A stretch of 64,000 bases of DNA from positions 64,001 to 128,000 of the forward strand of contig JAWSUS010000007.1 of assembly GCA_033549025.1 (NCBI GenBank), in the 5' to 3' direction. The notes under the pieces are model-generated. The model searched no databases. It was not told the origin of the DNA and saw only the letters and a program-made list of their open reading frames with translations. The translations under genes and the position numbers were made by a program. Shown in pieces: positions 1 through 9,815 of the stretch (the stretch's first letter is position 1; each line of letters opens with the position of its first letter). The DNA comes from Desulfuromonadales bacterium (GTDB taxonomy: Bacteria > Desulfobacterota > Desulfuromonadia > Desulfuromonadales > SZUA-540).

Positions 1-850
1 GATTCTGCTCCTTTGCGTTGCTGGCTGCATGGTTGCTGAAGCGGTCTGTCAGAGGTTGATGCATAGGCCGGTCACTATTGCCGATGGCAGCGCTGCCCTT
101 ACGGGAATTCTGCTGGCGTTGAATCTGCCGCCATCCAGCCCCTGGTGGCTGGCCCTTCTGGGCGCCGTTATCGCCATCGTGATCGGCAAGCAGGTCTATG
201 GCGGGCTCGGCTACAATCCCTTCAATCCGGCGCTGGTGGCCCGTGTCGTTCTGCTGATTTCCTTTCCCGTGCAGATGACCGCCTGGACAAGCCCCGCGCC
301 GCTGGGTTCAAAGGTCGATGTTGTTACCGCCGCGACGCCGTTGGGAGAAATGAAAACCGCGGTGATGCTTACCGGTGAACTGCCCCTTGCCGCCAAACAG
401 GGGTTCTCGGATTATTTCATCGGCCACATGGCCGGATCTTTGGGTGAAATCTCCGCTTTGGCATTGCTTCTTGGCGGCCTGTTTCTGTTGTGGCGACGCA
501 TTATCACCTGGCATGTGCCTGTATCCTTTATTGGCTCCACCTTGGTTTTTTCCGGTATTTTCTGGCTCGTCGATTCCAGCCGCTATCCCAGCCCCCTTTT
601 TCATCTGCTCACCGGCGGTCTCATGCTCGGGGCTCTCTATATGGCGACGGATATGGTGACCGGTCCGGTGACTCCTAAAGGCCTCATCGTTTTCGGAGCG
701 GGTTGCGGGATCATCACGGTGCTGATCCGGCTTTTCGGCGGCTACCCGGAGGGCGTCTCCTTTGCCATTTTGCTCATGAATGCTGCCACCCCTTTGATTG
801 ATCGCCTGACCCGGCCTAGAAAGTTCGGCCTGGTTGAGGCGAGGCGTTGA
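1..850 (+). CDS. rnfD: Rnf electron transport complex subunit D (5' end outside the window)
   Basis: Membrane protein with GKQVYGGLGYNPFNPA, FMN site ATPL and MATDMVTGP motifs; frame is open to the window edge. Confidence 0.93.
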   Translation, partial: ILLLCVAGCMVAEAVCQRLMHRPVTIADGSAALTGILLALNLPPSSPWWLALLGAVIAIVIGKQVYGGLGYNPFNPALVARVVLLISFPVQMTAWTSPAPLGSKVDVVTAATPLGEMKTAVMLTGELPLAAKQGFSDYFIGHMAGSLGEISALALLLGGLFLLWRRIITWHVPVSFIGSTLVFSGIFWLVDSSRYPSPLFHLLTGGLMLGALYMATDMVTGPVTPKGLIVFGAGCGIITVLIRLFGGYPEGVSFAILLMNAATPLIDRLTRPRKFGLVEARR

Positions 851-859
851 GGGAAGAGT

Positions 860-1474
860 GTGATTATGAAAGAAATCGGACGTCTGGCCCTTGTGTTGAC
901 CCTTATTGCCGCTGGTGCCGCCCTCATTCTCTCGCTGGTGGAAGCGGTGACCAGGGCACCCATCGCTGAAACCCGTCGTCAGGAGACCCTTAAGGCTATT
1001 CGGGCCGTCTTGCCGGCTGACATCAATAACTCTCCCGATGAAGATACGGTGGCCCTGATTGCCGGCCAGGATAAAAAAGGGCGCGATGTGGTTAACACCT
1101 TTTATCGTGGGCGAAAAGAGGGGCAGATGGCTGGGGTGGCCTTTAAGGTTGTGGCGCCTGACGGCTACAGTGGCAATATCACCATTATGGTTGGTGTCCT
1201 GCCCGATGGCCGTGTTCATGGCATAGAAATTCTGTCTCATGCCGAGACCCCCGGTCTCGGTGATGCCATAGAGTTGCCCTGGTTTAAAGAGCAGTTCAGC
1301 GGCAAAAGCCTTGAAAGTGCTGACTGGCGGGTGAAAAAGGACGGTGGGCAGTTCGATCAGATCACCGGTGCCACCATTTCGCCCCGAGCCGTTGTAGGTG
1401 CCGTCAAAAAGGGACTGGAGTTTTTTTCTTCCAACCGGGCTGAGATACTGACTTCCGGGGAGGGCGTGAAATGA
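860..1474 (+). CDS. rnfG: Rnf complex subunit G
   Basis: N-terminal TM helix, GYSG, ETPGLG and FMN-binding DQITGATIS motifs. Confidence 0.93.
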   Translation: MIMKEIGRLALVLTLIAAGAALILSLVEAVTRAPIAETRRQETLKAIRAVLPADINNSPDEDTVALIAGQDKKGRDVVNTFYRGRKEGQMAGVAFKVVAPDGYSGNITIMVGVLPDGRVHGIEILSHAETPGLGDAIELPWFKEQFSGKSLESADWRVKKDGGQFDQITGATISPRAVVGAVKKGLEFFSSNRAEILTSGEGVK

Positions 1475-2064
1475 AGCTTGTCGCGGAATTTTCCAAGGGG
1501 ATATGGAAAGAAAATCCGGTATTTAAGCTCGTCCTTGGCATGTGCCCGGCCCTTGCCGTGACCACCAGCGCCGAAAATGGTTTGGGCATGGGCTTGGCCA
1601 CCACCTTTGTCCTTGTGTGCTCCAATATCGTCGTTTCGCTTATGCGCCGCCTCATTCCCTCCAAGGTTCGTATTCCCGCCTTCATCGTGGTCGTGGCTTC
1701 CTTTGTCACTGTTGTGCAGCTGTGTATGGAGGCCTATTTATACGACTTGTATAAAGCCCTAGGCCTGTTTATTCCCCTCATCGTGGTTAACTGCCTCATT
1801 CTGGGGCGGGCAGAAGCCTTTGCCTCCAAAAACCCATTGTCTGTATCAGTAATGGATGGGATCGGCATGGGGCTTGGATTCACGTTGTCCTTGTTTCTCC
1901 TTGGGGCCGTGCGTGAAATCCTGGGCGCCGGGGCTTTGTTTGGCTACAGCGTTTTCGGGGCGACCTATAAGCCTTTCCTTCTTATGATCCTGCCTCCGGG
2001 TGCGTTCATTGCTCTGGGATTTCTCCTGGCCATGATGAATCGCCTTGAGTCCAGAAGACCATAG
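1471..2064 (+). CDS. rnfE: Rnf complex subunit E
   Basis: ENPVF..LGMCPALAVT, IPLIVVNC, GRAEAFA motifs; ATGA overlap with rnfG. Confidence 0.93.
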   Translation: MKLVAEFSKGIWKENPVFKLVLGMCPALAVTTSAENGLGMGLATTFVLVCSNIVVSLMRRLIPSKVRIPAFIVVVASFVTVVQLCMEAYLYDLYKALGLFIPLIVVNCLILGRAEAFASKNPLSVSVMDGIGMGLGFTLSLFLLGAVREILGAGALFGYSVFGATYKPFLLMILPPGAFIALGFLLAMMNRLESRRP

Positions 2065-2189
2065 TCCTGAAGCCCCTCTGCTGCCGACCGAGATTCTGTA
2101 CCCTCCCGGTAGGGGAAGCACCCAAGGGATGCAAGCAAAATAATTGACATAACCTGTTGTTAATACGCCGAAATGATAGAGATAATTGC

Positions 2190-2205
2190 ATACAGTATAC
2201 TGTAT
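2190..2205. promoter_or_regulatory. Perfect 16-bp palindrome ATACAGTATACTGTAT, probable repressor operator for the nuo operon
   Basis: Self-complementary sequence just upstream of the -35 at 2213. Confidence 0.65.
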
Positions 2206-2212
2206 TTTTTCC

Positions 2213-2241
2213 TTGACAAAGGAATCCAATTATCCTAACTT
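2213..2241 (+). promoter_or_regulatory. Sigma70-type promoter for nuoA
   Basis: TTGACA-17 bp-TAACTT. Confidence 0.65.
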
Positions 2242-2319
2242 GCAGTCGGCCAAGCCCGGCGGTGTGCCGGGGTTTTACTTGGATAAATGCTATAAAACAC
2301 TGTTGGGAGGAGCCGTTTC

Positions 2320-2676
2320 ATGTTAGACAGTTATCTGCCGATACTTGTCCTCATTGCCTTGGCACTGGCGTTCGCGCTGGGCTCGGTTGTGTTTTCCTGG
2401 TTGATTGGACAAAAGAAGCCGAGTGCGGTCAAGTTGGCCCCTTATGAGTGCGGTATGCCGCTTGTTGGTACGGCTCATCAGCGGTTCTCGGTCAAGTTTT
2501 ACATTATTGCGATGCTTTTTATCGTGTTTGACATTGAGGCGGTCTTTCTCTATCCCTGGGCAGTTATGTTTAAGCGTCTTGGGGTTTTTGGATTTGCCGA
2601 AATGGCGGTCTTCATCGGTATCCTCCTTGTCGGTTTTGTCTATGTATGGAAAAAAGGAGCACTGGAATGGGAGTAG
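2320..2676 (+). CDS. nuoA: NADH-quinone oxidoreductase subunit A
   Basis: PYECG and [12 protein letters not shown] motifs, GGAGG RBS. Confidence 0.95.
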   Translation: MLDSYLPILVLIALALAFALGSVVFSWLIGQKKPSAVKLAPYECGMPLVGTAHQRFSVKFYIIAMLFIVFDIEAVFLYPWAVMFKRLGVFGFAEMAVFIGILLVGFVYVWKKGALEWE

Positions 2677-3176
2677 ATCAGACTCTTGGAAACAATGTCA
2701 TAACCACAACGCTGGATAAGGTGGTCAACTGGTCCAGGGCCAAGTCCCTGTGGCCGATGACTTTTGGTCTTGCCTGTTGTGCAATTGAGATGATGGCTGC
2801 CGGTGCTGCCCGTTTTGACCTCGACCGCATGGGGATACTCTTTCGCGCCTCACCCCGTCAGGCTGACCTGATCATCATTGCCGGGACGGTAACCAAAAAA
2901 ATGCTGCCCGTCATCAAGGTCGTCTACGAGCAGATGCCCGAGCCCAAGTATGTAATCGCCATGGGCGCTTGCGCCTGCTCCGGCGGTGTTTTTGATACCT
3001 ACAGTGTCGTGCAGGGGATCGATGAGGCTCTTCCGGTCGACGTGTATGTTCCTGGTTGTCCTCCCCGTCCCGAGGGCCTGATGTTTGGCCTGCAGAAGCT
3101 GCAGGAAAAGATCATGAAAGAGAAGAACTCTTTCGGTGCCTCTATAGGTGTGGGTGACAGGGTGCTCGAAGCATAA
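2667..3176 (+). CDS. nuoB: NADH-quinone oxidoreductase subunit B
   Basis: [26 protein letters not shown]; start inferred at MGVDQ. Confidence 0.95.
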   Translation: MGVDQTLGNNVITTTLDKVVNWSRAKSLWPMTFGLACCAIEMMAAGAARFDLDRMGILFRASPRQADLIIIAGTVTKKMLPVIKVVYEQMPEPKYVIAMGACACSGGVFDTYSVVQGIDEALPVDVYVPGCPPRPEGLMFGLQKLQEKIMKEKNSFGASIGVGDRVLEA

Positions 3177-3217
3177 AGTCGGGCCATGCAACTGGATTAC
3201 TAATTAGGGATAGAGAT

Positions 3218-3700
3218 ATGAGTGAAAATGCCGCCGTTGGCAAATTAAAGGCCAAGTTCGCCAGTTCAGTTCTGGATGTTGTGGAGTTCAGGGGTGAGAC
3301 AACTGTGACGGTAAGGAAAGAAGATGTCGTCGCTATTTGTTCCTTTCTGAAAAAGGAAGTCGGGTACAACTTTCTGACGGACCTCTGCGGTGTCGACTAT
3401 CTTGGAAAGACACCCCGTTTCATGGTGGTTTATCAACTTTACAACATCAGCACCAAGGAGCGTCTGCGTTTAAAGGTGCCGGTCGAGGAGAGTGATGCCA
3501 CGGTTGATACAGTGTCGGGGGTCTGGTCGACCGCCAACTGGCATGAAAGGGAGTGTTGGGATCTCATGGGGATCTCCTTCAATAATCACCCGGATCTGCG
3601 CCGTATTCTCATGGCGGAGGATTGGGAGGGGCACCCGCTGCGCAAGGATTATCCCGTGCAGGGGCCCGGCCGTCGTCCCTATCAGGGACGGGTTTCCTGA
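3218..3700 (+). CDS. nuoC: NADH-quinone oxidoreductase subunit C
   Basis: WHERECWDLMG, HPDLRRIL, GHPLRKDYP. Confidence 0.95.
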   Translation: MSENAAVGKLKAKFASSVLDVVEFRGETTVTVRKEDVVAICSFLKKEVGYNFLTDLCGVDYLGKTPRFMVVYQLYNISTKERLRLKVPVEESDATVDTVSGVWSTANWHERECWDLMGISFNNHPDLRRILMAEDWEGHPLRKDYPVQGPGRRPYQGRVS

Positions 3701-3746
3701 TCGATCTGTGAGAATGTTCACTTATTTCCTATAGATGAGGCATGTG

Positions 3747-4925
3747 ATGGCAATGACCGAAACAATGACCGTGAATATGGGCCCCCAGCACCCCTCGACT
3801 CACGGCGTACTGCAGTTGATCCTCGAGTTGGACGGGGAAGTGGTAAGAAAAGCAACTCCTCATATCGGCTTTCTGCATCGTGGGGTGGAGAAGCTGTCCG
3901 AGTATCGCACCTATCACCAGACTATACCCTTGACCGATCGCCTCGACTACTTGGCCCCCATGAGCAACAATCTCGCCTATGTTCTGGCTGTGGAGAAGTT
4001 GCTCGGCATTACCGACCAGATTCCTGAGCGCGCCAAGGTTGTCCGGGTTATGTTGGCTGAATTGACCCGTATCAAGAGCCACTTGGTGTGGTTGGCCACG
4101 CACGCTCTCGATATCGGTGCTATGACGGTTTTCCTCTATTGCTTCCGTGAGCGTGAACGCATCATGGATATTTATGAGAAGATCTCCGGCGCCCGGATGA
4201 CGACCAATTACTTCCGCGTGGGTGGTCTGTCTGCCGATCTTCCCGATGGCATTGTGGAGGAGATCAGGCAACTCATCGATGAGATGCCGGGCCATATCGA
4301 TACCTATGAAGGGCTTATCACCGGAAATAAAATCTGGCAGAAGCGTATCATGGGGATTGGTGTTATTTCCGCCGAGGACGCTATTGACGTCGGTCTAAGT
4401 GGACCCGCCTTGCGCGCCTCCGGGGTTGATTGGGATCTCCGTCGCGATGACGCCTACAGCGGCTACGAAGATTACGACTTTAAGGTCTATACCAGTCAGG
4501 ATTGCGATACCTGGGGGCGTTATCAGGTTCGTCTCCTTGAGATGCGCGAAGCCTGCAAGCTGATCAAGCAGGCCATTGCCAAGCTCAAGCCCGGTCCCGT
4601 TGTCGCCGATCTGCCAAAAGTATGCCTGCCCCCCAAGCAGGATGTCGTCAATACGATTGAAGCTCTTATCCATCAGTTCAAACTCATCTCCGAGGGTTTC
4701 AAGCCCGAGGTTGGCGAAGTTTACCAGGGATGTGAAAACCCGAAGGGAGAGCTTGGCTTCTACTTGGTTTCCGACGGCTCGTCCCACCCCTATCGTATGA
4801 AGATCCGCTCTCCCTCCTTCGTTAACCTGCAGGCGTTGCCGCAGATGGTTGTGGGTCGCATGATAGCCGACGTGGTCGCCATTATTGGTACTCTCGATAT
4901 CGTGCTTGGCGAGATCGACCGTTAA
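3747..4925 (+). CDS. nuoD: NADH-quinone oxidoreductase subunit D
   Basis: NMGPQHPSTHGVL, GFLHRGVEK, C-terminal GEIDR; start approximate. Confidence 0.95.
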   Translation: MAMTETMTVNMGPQHPSTHGVLQLILELDGEVVRKATPHIGFLHRGVEKLSEYRTYHQTIPLTDRLDYLAPMSNNLAYVLAVEKLLGITDQIPERAKVVRVMLAELTRIKSHLVWLATHALDIGAMTVFLYCFRERERIMDIYEKISGARMTTNYFRVGGLSADLPDGIVEEIRQLIDEMPGHIDTYEGLITGNKIWQKRIMGIGVISAEDAIDVGLSGPALRASGVDWDLRRDDAYSGYEDYDFKVYTSQDCDTWGRYQVRLLEMREACKLIKQAIAKLKPGPVVADLPKVCLPPKQDVVNTIEALIHQFKLISEGFKPEVGEVYQGCENPKGELGFYLVSDGSSHPYRMKIRSPSFVNLQALPQMVVGRMIADVVAIIGTLDIVLGEIDR

Positions 4926-4953
4926 CTGATTGCTGGACAAAGGGGTTTAGGTT

Positions 4954-5451
4954 ATGAGCAATGCCGCGGAAACTGTTCAGGAAGAGGAAATCGATCTGAC
5001 CGCAGCCAATCAGGTCATCGATAAATATATTGATATGCATGGGGCTCTCATGCCCGTTCTGCAGGAGGTGCAGGAGGCCTACGGATACATTCCGGAGCCC
5101 TGTGTGCATCTCATCGCCGAGCGTCTTAACGTCTATACAAGCCAGATCTACGGTGTTTTGACCTTTTATGCACAGTTCCATCTTGAGCCACGAGGTAAAT
5201 ACATCGTCAGGGTGTGCATGGGAACGGCCTGTCACGTAAAAGGGGCTGGCCGCATCGCTGACACCCTCAAGGAGAGACTGGGTATCGGCCATGCTGAAAC
5301 GACGGAAGACCTTAAATTCACTGCTGAATACGTAGCCTGTATCGGGGCTTGTGGCATGGCTCCCGTTATCATGGTCAACGATGGCACCTACGGCAGTATG
5401 ACGGTTCAGAAGATGGACGAGGTTATTGCCAAATACAAGGCAATGGACTGA
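4954..5451 (+). CDS. nuoE: NADH-quinone oxidoreductase subunit E (2Fe-2S)
   Basis: VCMGTACHVKG and CIGACGMAP. Confidence 0.93.
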   Translation: MSNAAETVQEEEIDLTAANQVIDKYIDMHGALMPVLQEVQEAYGYIPEPCVHLIAERLNVYTSQIYGVLTFYAQFHLEPRGKYIVRVCMGTACHVKGAGRIADTLKERLGIGHAETTEDLKFTAEYVACIGACGMAPVIMVNDGTYGSMTVQKMDEVIAKYKAMD

Positions 5452-5494
5452 GATTTCTTTTACAAACCCAATCCTAAGGCGGGGATGAATCCAT

Positions 5495-7276
5495 ATGGCC
5501 GCGAATGCTGAAAACATAAAAGTCCTTATCTGTCAAGGCACCGGGGGGTTGGCTTCCGGAGCCAAGGCGGTAGCCGAGGCTTTTGAAGAGGAATTTGCCA
5601 AAAAGGGCGTAGAGGCCAAGGTTGGCAAACGTTGCGAAGTCATCGGAACCGGCTGTCGAGGTCTCTGTGCCAATGACGTTCTGGTCGACATTGTTATGCC
5701 AGGGCAGGAAGGGGTCACCTACGATTTTGTAACCCCTGAAATCGTGCCCCAGATTGTCGAAGAACACGTTATGGCCAATCAGCCTGTTGAAAAAAAGAAG
5801 GCTGGCCCCTACTACGAAAAGTTCCTCGAAAAACAGCATCGCGTTGTTTTTTCGCGGTGCGGCACGGTTAACGCCGAGAGTATCGATGACTTCATCGCCC
5901 ACCGGGGCTTTGAGGGCATTAAGAAGGCAGTGACCATGTCGCCGGCCGAAGTCATCGACGAAGTTAAGCGTGCAGGGCTCAGGGGCCGCGGGGGCGGCGG
6001 ATTTCCTACCGGCGTTAAGTGGTCCTTCTGTGCTGCCTCTCCCGGCAAAGAAAAATATTTGATCTGCAACGCCGACGAAGGTGACCCCGGAGCTTTTATG
6101 GATCGCTCCATTCTTGAGGGTGATCCCTATGGGCTGATAGAAGGCATGATGATTGGCGCTTACGGCATTGGTTGCACTTTTGGCTATGTCTACTGCCGGG
6201 CCGAATATCCCCTCGCTATTAAGCGACTGCAGAAAGCGATCGATACCTGCTACGAAAAAGGTATTCTCGGCAAAAACTGCATGGGGCTCGGCTTTGACTT
6301 CGATATGCGCATCAAGGCTGGTGCCGGTGCATTCGTCTGCGGCGAGGAAACCGCTCTGATGGCCTCCATTGAGGGGCAACGAGGCATGTCCCGACCCCGT
6401 CCTCCTTTTCCTGCGGTGCGCGGCCTCTGGGGCAAGCCGACCAATATCAACAACGTCGAGACTTTCGCCAACGTCTCGTACATTTTCTACAATGGAGCCG
6501 ATTGGTATTCCAATATTGGCACCGAGGGCACCAAGGGGACTAAGATTTTCGCCCTCACCGGGAAGGTCAAGCACACCGGTCTTGTGGAGGTTCCTGCCGG
6601 CACCACCATGCGCGAGGTTATCTTTGACGTCTGCGGCGGAATTTTGAAAAACCGCAAGTACAAGGCTGTACAGGCCGGCGGCCCTTCGGGTGGTTGTCTG
6701 CCTGGCGACGCCCTGGATGCGCAGGTCGATTACGACTCCCTTATCAAAGCTGGCGCCATGATGGGTTCCGGTGGTCTGGTCGTCATGGACGAAACGACCT
6801 GCATGGTTGATATCGCCCGCTTCTTTCTGAACTTTACCAGGGTGGAGTCCTGCGGGAAATGTATCCCCTGTCGTATTGGCCTTAAGATCATGCTCGAGAT
6901 CCTTGAGCGCATCACCTCCGGGGAAGGTCGCGAAGGTGACATCGAGATGCTCGAGGATATGGCCTACGACATTAAGAAAAGCTCCCTGTGTGGCTTGGGA
7001 CAGACGGCACCTAATCCGGTTCTGTCTACCATTCGTTATTTCCGCGATGAGTACGAAGCCCACATCAAGGATAAATACTGTCCTTCCCATTCCTGTAAGC
7101 CGCTTCTCAAATTTGAAGTCATCAAAGAGGCCTGCAAAATGTGCGGCATGTGTTATAAGGTCTGCCCTGTCGATGCCATCATTTGGGAAAAGAAGCAAGT
7201 TGCGGTCATCGATAAGGAAAAGTGCACCAAGTGTACATCCTGTTATGATGCCTGCCCCTTTATGGCCATTGAATAG
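5495..7276 (+). CDS. nuoF: NADH-quinone oxidoreductase subunit F, long HydB-like form
   Basis: GRGGGGFPTG, CNADEGDPGAFMDR, ESCGKCIPCR, plus N-terminal thioredoxin-like domain and C-terminal 2x[4Fe-4S] (CKMCGMC..CP, CTKCTSC..CP). Confidence 0.93.
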   Translation: MAANAENIKVLICQGTGGLASGAKAVAEAFEEEFAKKGVEAKVGKRCEVIGTGCRGLCANDVLVDIVMPGQEGVTYDFVTPEIVPQIVEEHVMANQPVEKKKAGPYYEKFLEKQHRVVFSRCGTVNAESIDDFIAHRGFEGIKKAVTMSPAEVIDEVKRAGLRGRGGGGFPTGVKWSFCAASPGKEKYLICNADEGDPGAFMDRSILEGDPYGLIEGMMIGAYGIGCTFGYVYCRAEYPLAIKRLQKAIDTCYEKGILGKNCMGLGFDFDMRIKAGAGAFVCGEETALMASIEGQRGMSRPRPPFPAVRGLWGKPTNINNVETFANVSYIFYNGADWYSNIGTEGTKGTKIFALTGKVKHTGLVEVPAGTTMREVIFDVCGGILKNRKYKAVQAGGPSGGCLPGDALDAQVDYDSLIKAGAMMGSGGLVVMDETTCMVDIARFFLNFTRVESCGKCIPCRIGLKIMLEILERITSGEGREGDIEMLEDMAYDIKKSSLCGLGQTAPNPVLSTIRYFRDEYEAHIKDKYCPSHSCKPLLKFEVIKEACKMCGMCYKVCPVDAIIWEKKQVAVIDKEKCTKCTSCYDACPFMAIE

Positions 7277-7309
7277 CCAGGTCCCTAGCTGATTTGATAC
7301 GAGGTTAAG

Positions 7310-9790
7310 ATGGTAAATCTTACTATTGACGGCAAGCAGATCACTGTAAAGAAGTCGGCTACAATTTATGAAGCCGCCAAAGAGGCCGGGATCAACATCC
7401 CGGTGCTCTGCTATGCTAAAAAACTTCTCCCTTACGGGGCTTGCAGGGTTTGTCTCGTTGAAGTTGAGCAGATGAAGGGGCGCCTGATCCCTTCTTGTAC
7501 GACCCCCGTCACCGAGGGGATGGTCGTAACGACAACTTCACCTGAAATAACCAAGGTCCGAAAGACCGTACTGGAATTCTTGCTTGTCAACCATGTTGTC
7601 GAGTGCCCTGTCTGTGACAAGGCGGGCGAGTGTGATCTGCAAGATCTCACTTTTGAATACGAGGTCGTTAAGAACCGTTTTAGCGGCGAGAAATTTGATC
7701 TGCCGACGGACGAAGTCAATCCCCTTATCGAGCGCAACATGAATCGTTGTGTCCTATGTGGGAAATGCGTCCGTGTTTGTGATGAAATTGTCGGGTACGG
7801 TTCTTACTCATTCATCAACCGCGGTTTTGAGACTAAAATCGCCACGGCCTTCGATCGCGGTCTCAACTGCGAATTCTGCGGACAGTGTGTTTCCATGTGT
7901 CCGGTCGGAGCCATACTGCCTCGTCCTTTCAAATTCAAGGCGAGACCCTGGCAGCTCAATGAAGTAGATACGGTCTGCGGGTATTGTGGCAATGGCTGCA
8001 CCGTTACTCTCGGCGTTCTCAATGACAAAGTCGAAACTATCCGCTTTAATGACAAAACTGGCGTCAACGATGGCAACCTCTGCATTCGTGGGCGTTTTGG
8101 TTACGGCTATATTCATCATGAAGACCGGCTTCGCAAGCCCTTGATTCGCAAGGACGGACAACTCGTCGAAGCCGAATGGGAAGAAGCTATTGAAGCCGTA
8201 GTTCAAGGCTTCGATCGGGCCCGCAATGAAAAGGGTATCGGTGTATTGGCAGGGGCGCGATTGACCAACGAGGAGTTTTTCCTGCTGAAAAACCTCGCCA
8301 AGACCCTTGGCACCTGCAATCTCGATCATTCCGGCGGCGAATGCTATAAGGGGGTCACCGAGGGCTTGTTCGAAACCCTTGGCGTAAAGGCGTCTACCGG
8401 CACCTTCCCGCAGGTTGAGTCCTGCGAGACCATTTTGGCTATCCGCTCTGACTTCTATGAAACGCACCCGGTATTTGGGATGGTTGTCAACCAAGCGGTC
8501 AAGCGGCATGACGCCCAACTCTTTATCGTCTCCGACAAAAAGGGCAAGTTTTCCAAACTGCCCCACGCCCAAACTCTTCTTGGAAAACCTGGTACGGAGA
8601 TTGAGGTTCTCAATGCCATGGCCCGCGTTCTGATCGATGAGGATTTGGCGGTGACCGACGGTATTGAGGGGCTCGAGGAACTCAAGGCCGGTCTCGCCAA
8701 ATTTGCGCCGACCGATGTGGCCGAAAGAACCGGTGTAAGCGCTGAGGCAATTCAAACAGCGGCCCGTGCGCTTTCCAGCGCCAAGAAAAGCGCGATTCTG
8801 CTGGCCTACGGTTTACCTTACACGGCCCAGAGCAAGGAGCTCGCCATTGCCGCCGCGAACCTGGCCATCCTTACCGGAAACGCCGGTCGTGAAGGGTCTG
8901 GCCTTTATCTTTGTGGTGAAAAATCCAACAGTCAGGGCGCTATTGATCTCGGCATCCTGCCCGAGAAAGGGGCTCTGGGCGCTAAGGCTATGCTTGAGGC
9001 TGCCAAAAGTAGCAACCTTTCCGCTCTCTATGTGGTCGGGGAAGATTTGCTTACCTCCTATCCGGACCGCAGCCAGCTGGAAGCAGCGCTCAAAGCTGTT
9101 CCCTTTGTCGTCGTACAGGACATTTTTCTGTCGCCGACCGCCCAGCAGGCTGATGTGGTTCTCCCTGCCACCTCATTCGCTGAAAAAGACGGTACCTTCA
9201 CCAACGCTGAGCGTCGCATTCAGCGTGTACGCCCCGGTGTGAGCAGCCCGGGTGAAGCCAAGACCGATTTTGAAATTTTCGAAACGCTCTCAACGCGTTT
9301 TGGTCGCAACGTCTCTTACACGAGTGCTGCTGACGTCTTTGCAGACATCGCTGCCAACGTTCCGGAATACGCCGGCCTCCAGTTGGAAGCCATAGGGGCT
9401 CAAGGTGTCGTCTGGGGCGGGGACATCCTTGCTCCCAAGAAAAAGCGTGTCGTGGCCGTTGCTGCTGACGAAGTGGCAAACAGCGAATTCCTGCTCGTCA
9501 CCGGCAGCTCTCTCTACCACAGCGGGACGATGTCTACGCGAGCCAAGGGGCCTCTTTCGGTAGTGTCAGAGCCTTACATTGAGTTTGGTCAGGAAGACGC
9601 TAAAAAGCTCAACGTTGTCGATGGGGACATGATTACCGTCAAGGCTGAAGGAGGCCAGATCAAACTGAAAGCCAAAATTGATCGTCGTCTTCCCCAGGGT
9701 GTGGTCTTTGCGCCCTATCATTTTGCCTCGGCTGAAATCAATCGACTCTACAAGGGTGAGGCGGTTGTCCCGGTGCAGCTAAGCAAGTAA
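7310..9790 (+). CDS. nuoG: NADH-quinone oxidoreductase subunit G
   Basis: GACRVCLVE, HxxxCPVCDKAGEC, CVLCGKC, CEFCGQC, CGYCGNGC clusters followed by a molybdopterin-oxidoreductase fold. Confidence 0.92.
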   Translation: MVNLTIDGKQITVKKSATIYEAAKEAGINIPVLCYAKKLLPYGACRVCLVEVEQMKGRLIPSCTTPVTEGMVVTTTSPEITKVRKTVLEFLLVNHVVECPVCDKAGECDLQDLTFEYEVVKNRFSGEKFDLPTDEVNPLIERNMNRCVLCGKCVRVCDEIVGYGSYSFINRGFETKIATAFDRGLNCEFCGQCVSMCPVGAILPRPFKFKARPWQLNEVDTVCGYCGNGCTVTLGVLNDKVETIRFNDKTGVNDGNLCIRGRFGYGYIHHEDRLRKPLIRKDGQLVEAEWEEAIEAVVQGFDRARNEKGIGVLAGARLTNEEFFLLKNLAKTLGTCNLDHSGGECYKGVTEGLFETLGVKASTGTFPQVESCETILAIRSDFYETHPVFGMVVNQAVKRHDAQLFIVSDKKGKFSKLPHAQTLLGKPGTEIEVLNAMARVLIDEDLAVTDGIEGLEELKAGLAKFAPTDVAERTGVSAEAIQTAARALSSAKKSAILLAYGLPYTAQSKELAIAAANLAILTGNAGREGSGLYLCGEKSNSQGAIDLGILPEKGALGAKAMLEAAKSSNLSALYVVGEDLLTSYPDRSQLEAALKAVPFVVVQDIFLSPTAQQADVVLPATSFAEKDGTFTNAERRIQRVRPGVSSPGEAKTDFEIFETLSTRFGRNVSYTSAADVFADIAANVPEYAGLQLEAIGAQGVVWGGDILAPKKKRVVAVAADEVANSEFLLVTGSSLYHSGTMSTRAKGPLSVVSEPYIEFGQEDAKKLNVVDGDMITVKAEGGQIKLKAKIDRRLPQGVVFAPYHFASAEINRLYKGEAVVPVQLSK

Positions 9791-9815
9791 GGCTCTCATT
9801 CCAGGCGGAGGAGCT

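Noticed and set aside
1..2064. Rnf operon apparently lacking rnfA/B/C
   Set aside because: The order ABCDGE would put them upstream of the window.
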